DNA of 64,000 nt from Candidatus Dojkabacteria bacterium (GTDB lineage Bacteria; Patescibacteriota; Dojkabacteria; SC72): NCBI GenBank assembly GCA_050950165.1, contig JBMNHC010000001.1:124673-188672 (forward strand), written 5' to 3'. The notes under the pieces were generated by a model that saw only the letters and a list, made by a program, of their open reading frames with translations, had not been told where the DNA came from and searched no databases. Both the position numbers and the translations under genes were made by a program. The first letter of the stretch is position 1. Each line of letters begins with the position of its first letter. Shown one piece after another: positions 8,184 through 16,801 of this stretch.

Positions 8184-10268
8184 TTACACTTTTAAGACAA
8201 TATCTTTCGTAATCAATATCTCTTTCTTAGCAAATACCTCGTTACCACCTTTAATATCCTCAACTATATAAGTAGGATCTAAAATCTCTACATAGTAACG
8301 ACCCTCACCAACAAAAAATCTGTATCTACCATGTGCATCTGTGACTCTCTTTGCAATAATCTTGTCAAACTCCGCCTCCCTTAAAGCAACAGATATGCCC
8401 TCTAAACGATTACCATCTGTATCTTTAACAATCCCATATATATCTCTACTAAAGAATATATTGCGTAATATTAGGAAGAAGGTTGGAACAAACAGAAGTA
8501 AAACAAGAAGAGATAGTGTGGATGGTTGACTGTAATATGTATAGAAAGCCAAAGTGATACCTACCAAGAACAACAGAACATGTAGCAAATGAACAAGAAA
8601 CTTTGTTCTCGTCCAAAATGCCTCTAACTTTATTCTTAACTCTGATACCTCTAGTGGATCCATAGGGATAGCGAAATTAATCTCAGTATCACTTTTAATA
8701 TCAAAAAAGTCTCCATGATATACATTAGTAATAGGGGGGTCCTCACTACCAAATACTACCTTAGAAGGAAAAACATACCTCGCTGCTCTCGCCTCTATCC
8801 TGTATCTACCATCCGTTAGTTTCGCAGTAAAGTACCCTTTACTATCCGTCACATCAGTCCAAACCATTCTATTCTCTTCCGTAAATATCCTAACTATCGC
8901 TTGAGATATCGGCTCTTTACTAACTGCATCATATACATACCCAACAGGCTTAGCACCCTTCCTAAACCCAAACAGAGAAAGAATATTTAGTAGGAACTGT
9001 AAAAGAAAATATGGCATAGATGCTAAAGTACCAGCTGCAACTACAACAGCAGAAGTAGCCGTCACAACAGACGTAGCAGTTGTAACTCTCTCTAAATCCT
9101 TTGCATCTAACTTCCCAACGGTATCATCTAAAATAACGGTAATATCATCAATAACTTTCTCTACCCTATCAATAATTGAAGGCACAGGCGGTACTGGAGG
9201 AGTTGGCTTATCAGGAGGCCTTACTTCCTCTACAGGAATAACTAAACTAATATCACAAAACCTAGTTAGATTACCTGCAGAATCAGTAGCCTCTACACAA
9301 AATTTGTACCTCTCTTTCAAGTAAGTATCAGATACCCTCTCCAAATCCCCTAACCTAATCTTTACCGTCATTAACTCTCCCTCCAAGTTATAATTGGTTG
9401 TACAAGTAACTAAACTCTGTTCTGAATTAAGACAGTAAAACTTCGCTTCATTAATCTGCAAGTTATCCTTTACCCTAATTAAAAATGTTAATTCATAATT
9501 ACTCTCCCAAGAAGTAGTAGTATTCTCACCAATATCTCCCATATCTAATACCTCTACCACAGGAGATTGAGCATCCTGTACACTGTAAACTACATTCGAC
9601 CAAGCACTAACCCCACCATATGCATTGTGAGCCCTAACTCTATAAAAATACATCTTCTCATTTTCCAAATTTGTAAAATTAAAAGATGTAGCAGATATCT
9701 GCGTTGCCTGTGCCTTCAACACACTAAAATCTGAATACTCACTAACCTGTACAGTATACTTGTAGTTAGGACCTAGGCTATCCCACATAACCATATTACT
9801 AAAATCCTTAGTATACTGAGGCTCTGCAAGCATGTTAGGAACAGGAACAGGAACTACATACAATGTCTTACAACTCTGAATAAAAATATCATATCCAAAA
9901 GTAGTATCCTTAGCACAAACAGTATATGTCCCTGGTACAGAAGCAGATACACTACCAGATGTTCTACCAGTAGCATCTGTTAATGACAAAGGCTGAACTA
10001 TATTCAAACCACTACCATATATCACTATCTGACGACCAGCAATTCCCACACCACCTGAAGAGAGAACCCTAACCTCAACAATAGCGGGCTGATATATCTC
10101 AACAGTATTAGGAGTAACTGTAACAGTGGAATACAAATCTACATTAATATTTGCAGAAACCACAACCGAGTTATTAGACGGATCTAAAGGCTGTGCAAAA
10201 GAAACAGATACTAAACCAGTAGTCGTTAGAAAAAGAAACAATATTATTAAGGCAGTTTTAATTTTCAT
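8184..10268 (-). CDS. Surface protein (694 aa) with signal peptide, FN3/Ig-like beta-rich ectodomain, a Pro-rich linker, a TM segment, a CarbopepD_reg-like domain, TM helices and a second CarbopepD_reg-like domain. Paralog of 1..1790.
   Basis: The N-terminal signal is MKIKTALIILFLFLTTTGLVSVSFA, an FN3-like motif (YFYRVRAHNAYGGVSAWS) follows, and a PPDKPTPPVPPVPS linker precedes the TM region. The C-terminal ~260 aa align with the 1..1790 product (GYVYDAVSKEPISQAIVRIF..VTDSKGYF; GIVKDTDGNRLEGISVAL..RVTDAHGRYRF). An RBS (GAGGGGA) lies upstream. Confidence 0.6.
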   Translation of the reverse strand: MKIKTALIILFLFLTTTGLVSVSFAQPLDPSNNSVVVSANINVDLYSTVTVTPNTVEIYQPAIVEVRVLSSGGVGIAGRQIVIYGSGLNIVQPLSLTDATGRTSGSVSASVPGTYTVCAKDTTFGYDIFIQSCKTLYVVPVPVPNMLAEPQYTKDFSNMVMWDSLGPNYKYTVQVSEYSDFSVLKAQATQISATSFNFTNLENEKMYFYRVRAHNAYGGVSAWSNVVYSVQDAQSPVVEVLDMGDIGENTTTSWESNYELTFLIRVKDNLQINEAKFYCLNSEQSLVTCTTNYNLEGELMTVKIRLGDLERVSDTYLKERYKFCVEATDSAGNLTRFCDISLVIPVEEVRPPDKPTPPVPPVPSIIDRVEKVIDDITVILDDTVGKLDAKDLERVTTATSVVTATSAVVVAAGTLASMPYFLLQFLLNILSLFGFRKGAKPVGYVYDAVSKEPISQAIVRIFTEENRMVWTDVTDSKGYFTAKLTDGRYRIEARAARYVFPSKVVFGSEDPPITNVYHGDFFDIKSDTEINFAIPMDPLEVSELRIKLEAFWTRTKFLVHLLHVLLFLVGITLAFYTYYSQPSTLSLLVLLLFVPTFFLILRNIFFSRDIYGIVKDTDGNRLEGISVALREAEFDKIIAKRVTDAHGRYRFFVGEGRYYVEILDPTYIVEDIKGGNEVFAKKEILITKDIVLKV

Positions 10269-10271
10269 CCT

Positions 10272-10928
10272 TTATATCCCCTCAATTACTTTTTTAACAT
10301 AATTATCCAAAACCTTAGTAAAAAATTCTTCACCATACGGATTACTCCCTAACTCTAAGCATTTTACACCTCTACTGTAGCAGTTTTTACACAGAAGGGC
10401 AAAGCGAGAAACATCAATATATCTCAACCCCTCTTTACTACCACACACTCTACACTCAGAGAAATCCTCCAAAAAACCCATCTCTTTCAAAAAAATAACC
10501 CTAAACCTGTTAGTAGACTCTAAATCAAAATCTCTCTCCAATACACTCCTTAACATATCAAAAACCTTCTCATTAGCATCATACTCTGCAAGCATACGAT
10601 TAAGCATATTCAACACCCTCTTCATATTCTCAACCCTTCCTTTCAACACATCCGTATTAGGAGCATATACCAATGAAGATTCAGTAAGAAGAGGCAAACC
10701 CTTACCCTCATAGAAAGATATCTCACTAATACACAAAGTCTGCATATTACCCCTATTCTTACTATTAATCTTTCTAATACTCTTTGCAAACAGAGCAAAC
10801 TTTCCCAAATTCCTACCAAAAACAGTCAACACCTTATCTGCCTCCGAGTAATTAACCGACTTTATTACAACAACTAAATCCTTCATTAAAGTATAATAAT
10901 AGATATTAAAAACCTCTCTTCTCAACAC
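10272..10928 (-). CDS. recO: DNA repair protein RecO (compact form).
   Basis: An N-terminal OB-fold-like pattern is present (VVVIKSVNYSEADKVLTVFGRNLGKFALFAKSIRK). The C-terminal zinc finger reads CRVCGS...CKNCYS. Confidence 0.6.
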   Translation of the reverse strand: MLRREVFNIYYYTLMKDLVVVIKSVNYSEADKVLTVFGRNLGKFALFAKSIRKINSKNRGNMQTLCISEISFYEGKGLPLLTESSLVYAPNTDVLKGRVENMKRVLNMLNRMLAEYDANEKVFDMLRSVLERDFDLESTNRFRVIFLKEMGFLEDFSECRVCGSKEGLRYIDVSRFALLCKNCYSRGVKCLELGSNPYGEEFFTKVLDNYVKKVIEGI

Positions 10929-11535
10929 CCTTTCTTGTAATAACTACCCAAGGAGTCTTAAGAAGAATATATACCTCATTAAGTATACTAGGATTCTTTG
11001 CAAAATGACTCTCCATTACTAACCTCTTCCTAAAAGGAATACTGTTTCTACCAGACACCTGCCATACCCCCGTTATACCAGGCTTAACCTTAAAAATATC
11101 CTCCATATATCTGCTATCCGATGGATATAACTTAAAGTGTCGCTCAAGCTCACTACTGTAATATGGCCTAGGACCTACCAAACTCATCTGCCCCAACACC
11201 ACATTAATTAACTGAGGAAGCTCATCCAAATCTGTATTTCTCAATACCCTGCCAATCCTTGTCACTCTAAAATCATTCTCTAATTTATGACTCCTAACAA
11301 ACTCCCCATCAGTAACTAACATATCATGAGCATTAGGAACCATAGTTCTAAACTTGTACATAAAAAACTCCTTACCACCCAACCCACACCTAACAGGAGT
11401 ACCTACAAACACCTCTCCACCATCAGAAAACTTAATTAGAAGAGCAATAGCTAACATTAAAGGAGAAAACAAAATCCAAAGGACAGTAGCAATAACAAAA
11501 TCCATTATCCTTTTAACAACTCTGTACAACATCAT
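10906..11535 (-). CDS. Polyprenyl-phosphate hexose-1-phosphate transferase (bacterial sugar transferase, WbaP/PglC-like).
   Basis: It has a single N-terminal TM segment followed by KFRTMVPNAHD, RVTRIGRVLRNTDLDELPQLINVVLGQMSLVGPRP and SGRN motifs. Confidence 0.8.
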   Translation of the reverse strand: MMLYRVVKRIMDFVIATVLWILFSPLMLAIALLIKFSDGGEVFVGTPVRCGLGGKEFFMYKFRTMVPNAHDMLVTDGEFVRSHKLENDFRVTRIGRVLRNTDLDELPQLINVVLGQMSLVGPRPYYSSELERHFKLYPSDSRYMEDIFKVKPGITGVWQVSGRNSIPFRKRLVMESHFAKNPSILNEVYILLKTPWVVITRKGVEKRGF

Positions 11536-12694
11536 CTACATACCTTTGTAGTTTATAGATAAAAATCTCAACTGCAAAATTGTTAGACTGCTTCCTACAA
11601 TTATCTGCCTTGTACTTCCTACTATCAAAATTCTTAAGAACCTTTGCTAAAGACTGATACGTATACTTATCAAAAAATTCACCACTCTTAGGATTAATAT
11701 CAGATATACTCTCCACTACACCACCACCTCGATAAGCAATAACTGGAGTACCAGCAGCATTAGCCTCTACAGGAACAATACCGAAATCCTCCCCCTTAAC
11801 AGGAAATATTAACGCCTTTGCCTTAGAAAGCAGATCCAATTTCTCCTCCTCAGAAACAAAACCTAGAAACTTAACATACCCCTTCGCATTTAACTCCTTA
11901 ACTAACTCTTTCATCCTTTCCAAATCATCTCCAATACCAGCAACCTTCAAAGATACCCTAGCACTATGTGCTGCCCTAATGGCAAGCTCTACACCCTTGT
12001 AGGTCTCTACCCTACCCAAATAGAGAAACCAATTCTCTTTTTTGTTAATCTTAGTTACCTCCTGTATAGCCTTAACCTCTACTGGAGGATAGATTACATC
12101 ACTCTCTCTCTTGTAATATTTCTTAATCCTCTTCTGTACAACCTTAGAGATAGCAATCATTTTGTCTATCCTCTGTGCTGCTCTCCTATCCAACCACCTC
12201 CATATATCCTCCACAAAAGTATTCATAAAAAGAGAGTAAATAGAATACAACACCCTGTTTATACCACCCAACCTTTTACCATCCTTTAATGATCTACCTT
12301 CCTTCTCCCAAAGAAATTTAGGAGGAGACATACAGATATTTACATGAGGAATCTTACCATTAGCATATTTAGCAAAAGCTATAGAAAGAGAAAGAATTAC
12401 ATCAAAGTCATTAAATCTAAACAACCTATACGCAAGAGGCTGAAATAGATTTAGAAAATATCTAAACTTAAACTTACCAGGAATATATTGCATAAAAGAA
12501 GTCCTTACCTCAATATCAGGAAAATACCTCTTAACAAAATCCCTATCACAAAAAGCAGTAAAAAGAACACTACCAGGAAACGCCTTAAGCATATCACTCA
12601 AGTGCTTCTCAGCACCACCATATTTGTATAAAGGATCAGCAACTACTGCCACCCTGTATTTACGACTCTCGTTTCTCTCTTTCATAAACCTCAT
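11513..12694 (-). CDS. Glycosyltransferase, GT4 family.
   Basis: The C-terminal GT-B motif is EDFGIVPVEANAAGTPVIAYRGGG. Confidence 0.8.
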   Translation of the reverse strand: MRFMKERNESRKYRVAVVADPLYKYGGAEKHLSDMLKAFPGSVLFTAFCDRDFVKRYFPDIEVRTSFMQYIPGKFKFRYFLNLFQPLAYRLFRFNDFDVILSLSIAFAKYANGKIPHVNICMSPPKFLWEKEGRSLKDGKRLGGINRVLYSIYSLFMNTFVEDIWRWLDRRAAQRIDKMIAISKVVQKRIKKYYKRESDVIYPPVEVKAIQEVTKINKKENWFLYLGRVETYKGVELAIRAAHSARVSLKVAGIGDDLERMKELVKELNAKGYVKFLGFVSEEEKLDLLSKAKALIFPVKGEDFGIVPVEANAAGTPVIAYRGGGVVESISDINPKSGEFFDKYTYQSLAKVLKNFDSRKYKADNCRKQSNNFAVEIFIYKLQRYVDDVVQSC

Positions 12695-13811
12695 TAATAA
12701 ATTTCTCTAGATTAATTAAAAACCTCTCCTCACTAAATACCCTTGCCCCCTTAACAATCTCTCTAGGATTATACATCCTCTTACTAAATTTCTTAAGTAA
12801 AGAAACCAACTCTTTTTCACTACTAAAAAACTCCCCAGAAACACCACCCTTAACAGTCTCTAAAACACCACCCTCACCATATGCAAAAACAGGAGCTCCC
12901 TGTGCCATAGCCTCAACAGGAACTAATCCAAAATCCTCTACACCACAAAAAAGCAACAGATCTGCCATACTGTAAAACACCCTTACCTCAGCATCATCCT
13001 CAAGAAAACCTAAAAACCTAATCAACGGATTACCATTAGCAACCCCCTCCAAATATTTCAAATCAGGACCCTCTCCAATAACTAATAATTGACGATTAGT
13101 AGCAATAGCGGCACGTATAGCCCAATCTACCCTCTTGTAATCATACAAACGAGACACAACAAGAACAAAATCACCCTCCACACCATACCTCTCTCTAACC
13201 TCTCTCTTTCTACTCTCAGACACACTCTCAAAACTCTCTTCTAGAACACCAGGGTATAAAACAGTAGCATCTACCCCATATCTTTTCTTAATCTTTTCAG
13301 CAATATATTTAGAATTAGCTGTCCAGTAATCTACACGCTTAGATATACTTAAATCCCACATACGCATATATGTATTCAAAACAGTAGAAAGAGGCTTGTA
13401 TATCCTCTTAAACCTAGACGCCCTAATATTCATCTCATTGTCCCAAAGACTCCTAGGAGGAGTCATTACCATAGCAATATGAGGCTGATTAATACCAGTA
13501 ATCACACCCTTTGCTGGACCAGCAGATATACTAATTACTAAATCATACCCTCTCAAATCAAAACTCTCATACGCAAAAGGTGTTAAAACTTTAAAGTGTC
13601 TATAAAAACTTCTTACCTTAGGAATCCTCTGTACAAAACTAGTAAAAACCCTCTGCTTTAGCATAGGATATTTTTTAGAATCAAAAAACATCGTAAAAAT
13701 ATCAGCCTTAGGAAAAAGTTTTAACATTGAAAACATCTCTCTATCAGCACCACCAAACGCAACCATCTGATCTGCAACAATAGCAACCCTCTTGAAATAT
13801 TCCCTCTGCAT
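12660..13811 (-). CDS. Glycosyltransferase, GT4 family.
   Basis: The motif is EDFGLVPVEAMAQGAPVFAYGEGG. Its start overlaps the stop of the upstream gene by 1 nt (TAATG). Confidence 0.8.
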   Translation of the reverse strand: MQREYFKRVAIVADQMVAFGGADREMFSMLKLFPKADIFTMFFDSKKYPMLKQRVFTSFVQRIPKVRSFYRHFKVLTPFAYESFDLRGYDLVISISAGPAKGVITGINQPHIAMVMTPPRSLWDNEMNIRASRFKRIYKPLSTVLNTYMRMWDLSISKRVDYWTANSKYIAEKIKKRYGVDATVLYPGVLEESFESVSESRKREVRERYGVEGDFVLVVSRLYDYKRVDWAIRAAIATNRQLLVIGEGPDLKYLEGVANGNPLIRFLGFLEDDAEVRVFYSMADLLLFCGVEDFGLVPVEAMAQGAPVFAYGEGGVLETVKGGVSGEFFSSEKELVSLLKKFSKRMYNPREIVKGARVFSEERFLINLEKFINEVYEREKRES

Positions 13812-14290
13812 TAAAGCTCTGGAAGACCATCTTCCCCTAACTCATCCACTAGTGGAAAATCGTCATCCTCTTCCTTATCTAATTCTGCAACGATATCATC
13901 TAGATCAACTAGACCCTCTGGGGCAGAAGAGGTACTCTTTTCTTCATCATCTGGATAAATCTCTCCTAACGAATCAATACCATCATCAACAACAGCTCCA
14001 TCATCTAATGACTCTTCATCACTAAGAACAATAACATTAGGTCTCTCATCATCCTCAACACTACTAGACTCTTCTTTTACTACACTCTTTTTCTCCTCTA
14101 TCTTCCTCAGAAACTCCTCAGCCTCTTCTCCAAACTTCTCAACAACATCAATTACTCTCATTGGTTTAGAACAATCTCCACAAAGCTCAATATGTTCTGT
14201 TTCCTCACCACAATCAGGACAAGAGAAGAAAACCACATGTACACTTTGTCTTGGAATCACAACCTTCTTTGTATTTTCTCTGTTCGCCAT
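13811..14290 (-). CDS. Zinc-ribbon protein with a highly acidic C-terminal tail (159 aa). Function unknown.
   Basis: The zinc ribbon reads CPDCGEETEHIELCGDCSKPM (C-x2-C-x10-C-x2-C) and is followed by a long D/E-rich tail. It is translationally coupled to the downstream GT4 gene. Confidence 0.45.
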   Translation of the reverse strand: MANRENTKKVVIPRQSVHVVFFSCPDCGEETEHIELCGDCSKPMRVIDVVEKFGEEAEEFLRKIEEKKSVVKEESSSVEDDERPNVIVLSDEESLDDGAVVDDGIDSLGEIYPDDEEKSTSSAPEGLVDLDDIVAELDKEEDDDFPLVDELGEDGLPEL

Positions 14291-14523
14291 AATTATTAAC
14301 CGATAACTGATTACAGTAATCTAGAATAGTACAATTGATGGATATAGGTCAAGAATCCCATAATAATAGCTATTCAAACTTAAAGTAATAACACCACTCA
14401 TACTCTCTACCTTTACCCCTTCTTTACACCCTTTCTAATATATTTCTTTAAAAAGAAAAACACTTCACAAAAAAGAAATTTTTATGATACTATTTACTGT
14501 AATTAATTTTGTATAAAGAATAA

Positions 14524-15204
14524 ATGAAGAATTTTAATAAAGTCTTCTGGGGAATAGCTTTAATTGCTATCGGAGTAATATATGGCCTTAAAACATTAGA
14601 AATTGTCAACATTAATATTTTCTTTAACGGATGGTGGACACTATTTATCATTATCCCTGGCTTAGTAGGCTTAATAAAAGGAAAAGATATAACTGGTAAC
14701 CTAATAGTTATACTAATTGGATTCTCCATATTACTTCTTGCACAAGGACTTATCTCCTTTGACAAACTAAGCCGTTTAATCATCCCCATTATCCTCGTTA
14801 CTACTGGTCTCATTGTACTGTTCAAAAACAAAGACAATACTACAACAACTAAAAAGATTAAAGAAATTAATAAAGATGGAAAACCTTTAGAATATTTCTC
14901 AACCTTCAGTGGTCAAAAGATTGTTTTAGAAGAAGAAGTAAAAAATTTAGAACTAAGTGCTATCTTCGGAGGAATTACCTGTGATTTAAGAAATGCCATT
15001 ATCAAAGAAGATGTTGCAATGGATACAACAGCAATATTTGGAGGTATAGATATATTAGTTCCAGATGACGTAAACGTTAAAGTAGTACAAACAGCTATGT
15101 TTGGTGGTGTGGATAATAAGAGAGAAGGTAAAAAAGAAGATAAAAGTAAAAAAACAATATATATAAATTCAACATGTATATTTGGAGGAGTAGAAATAAA
15201 ATGA
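14524..15204 (+). CDS. LiaF-like membrane protein: N-terminal TM helices plus a C-terminal LiaF/DUF2154-type beta domain.
   Basis: Four N-terminal TM helices are present. C-terminal repeats FGGITCDLR, FGGIDILVPDDVNVKVV, FGGVDNK and FGGVEIK resemble B. subtilis LiaF (IGDVDIYVPYDMEVSV). Confidence 0.5.
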   Translation: MKNFNKVFWGIALIAIGVIYGLKTLEIVNINIFFNGWWTLFIIIPGLVGLIKGKDITGNLIVILIGFSILLLAQGLISFDKLSRLIIPIILVTTGLIVLFKNKDNTTTTKKIKEINKDGKPLEYFSTFSGQKIVLEEEVKNLELSAIFGGITCDLRNAIIKEDVAMDTTAIFGGIDILVPDDVNVKVVQTAMFGGVDNKREGKKEDKSKKTIYINSTCIFGGVEIK

Positions 15205-16016
15205 AAACCTTTCAAACAATAATAAAATACACTGCTCTTGTATTTGCAATTACTTTGATTGTAGTAATATTTAAGTTAACAATAGATAGCTTACTCTTTG
15301 TTGGTAATCTTTTTGATAAAAACCCAAGAGTAGAATCTTTAGTTGAGAGAGAGATTACCTTTGACTTTAATGACTACAAGAACTTAGACATCCAAACTAT
15401 GGCAAGTAGATTAACTCTAAAAACAGGAGATCGCTTCTCTGTAACTACTAACAACAAAGATATAACAGTACAGGAGAGTAAAGATACAATTATTATTAAT
15501 GATAACAATAGAGAAAGCATCTACTTCTATAACGAAAATTTGGAGTTAATCGTTGTTCTACCTACTAACACAACATTAGATTCAATTAGAATAGATACAG
15601 GTGCAGGAAAGATGTTAATTGAGGAATTAAATTGCAAAAATGCAACAATTAATCTAGGTGCAGGTGGATTAGAAGTAAATAAAATAGATGTTACTAACGA
15701 AATTAAAATATCTGGAGGTATAGGTAAAATAACTATTCATCATGGAAGTCTTAATAACCTAGAAGCAGATTTGGGAGTTGGGAAATTAAGTGCAATACTC
15801 TCTCTAACAGGAAAAAACAATATTAACACAGGTATAGGAGGATTAGATTTAGAACTTTTAGATAGCTCTACTAACTATACTTTTAACATCGAAAAAGGCA
15901 TAGGTGATATTGAACTTAACGAAGATAGTATACAAACAGGAGCATATGGAAATGGTTTACATACAGTTGATATATCTGGTGGTATAGGGGAGATAGAGAT
16001 AACTACACTAGATTAA
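15201..16016 (+). CDS. DUF4097/YvlB-like beta-helical 'putative adhesin' domain protein with an N-terminal TM anchor. The start was chosen at the ATGA overlap; an alternative upstream start lies at 15174.
   Basis: Repeated GAGxL/SGGIGxIxI beta-helix motifs occur: LGAGGLEVN, ISGGIGKITI, LGVGKLSA, TGIGGLDLEL, ISGGIGEIEI. Confidence 0.45.
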   Translation: MKTFQTIIKYTALVFAITLIVVIFKLTIDSLLFVGNLFDKNPRVESLVEREITFDFNDYKNLDIQTMASRLTLKTGDRFSVTTNNKDITVQESKDTIIINDNNRESIYFYNENLELIVVLPTNTTLDSIRIDTGAGKMLIEELNCKNATINLGAGGLEVNKIDVTNEIKISGGIGKITIHHGSLNNLEADLGVGKLSAILSLTGKNNINTGIGGLDLELLDSSTNYTFNIEKGIGDIELNEDSIQTGAYGNGLHTVDISGGIGEIEITTLD

Positions 16017-16019
16017 TTA

Positions 16020-16763
16020 CTACCTTCTACACTTACGAACTTTTGTGGCAACTTTCTTATTATATGGCCATGTTTTAATTACTCTATCTACTAAATCCTC
16101 ATCACTAAATGTTATTTCATTCTTGTTTAATAATTTTAATGGCTTACGCAATGCATATGCCACTCCTAAATCAAATACACTTCCGACACTCGATTGATCA
16201 TAATATATGTCAACTTCCTCAGACGTAGCAACTGCCTCAGCATTCTGTTTACATATGGCATATCCACCAAACAAATCTACTTGTCTTGTATGAAGATGTG
16301 GAGCATGAATGATATATCCTTCTTTGTACTTTTCACTAACAAACCTCTCTATCCATTTTCTTTGCTCTTCTGTTGCATTCCTTACTGGACATATTAAAAA
16401 TATTTTATTATCTATTGGGGTATTAACTATTTTATTTAACTTTATACCTATACGCTTAACATTCTCAATTCTTCCATCCATTTCAGTTCTAACATCTGAA
16501 TAGTCTAATAATGGGAATGTCTCATCACCAATTTTACTCCATACATATGGCATCATAGTAAATGATTTACTATTTTCTTCAAAATCCAAATCTCTCTCAT
16601 TTATAATTTTTATCTTTACTCCATTTACAAACAGCATTCCTAAAATAAATAAACATTCCTTATTACTTGGCTCAAGTATTATTTCTGCTTCCTCACAGCA
16701 TTCAATCTTTTCTAGCTCCTCATCTATATTCAAATTGTCGTATTTTAAGTATCTTAACATCAA
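16020..16763 (-). CDS. Hypothetical protein whose C-terminal domain weakly resembles nucleoside 2-deoxyribosyltransferase / DNPH1 (Rcl).
   Basis: IFLICPV resembles the NDT IYLAGPF motif. DQSSVGSVFDLGVAYALRKPL resembles D.GT.fE.GyA.A.gKPv, but has Asp in place of the catalytic Glu. Confidence 0.3.
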   Translation of the reverse strand: MMLRYLKYDNLNIDEELEKIECCEEAEIILEPSNKECLFILGMLFVNGVKIKIINERDLDFEENSKSFTMMPYVWSKIGDETFPLLDYSDVRTEMDGRIENVKRIGIKLNKIVNTPIDNKIFLICPVRNATEEQRKWIERFVSEKYKEGYIIHAPHLHTRQVDLFGGYAICKQNAEAVATSEEVDIYYDQSSVGSVFDLGVAYALRKPLKLLNKNEITFSDEDLVDRVIKTWPYNKKVATKVRKCRR

Positions 16764-16801
16764 AAACCCTCCTTAAACTCTATCATCATTTTATTAAAAA
16801 T

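Noticed and set aside
11966-12289. Plus-strand ORFs inside GT4 genes. Similar cases occur at 8341..8529, 17445..17696, 29969..30902, 33176..33624, 36072..36284, 41053..41274, 49463..49693, 54000..55657 and 61673..62385.
   Set aside because: They are all antisense to, or embedded in, larger ORFs with clear family motifs. They are short, AT-biased and low complexity.
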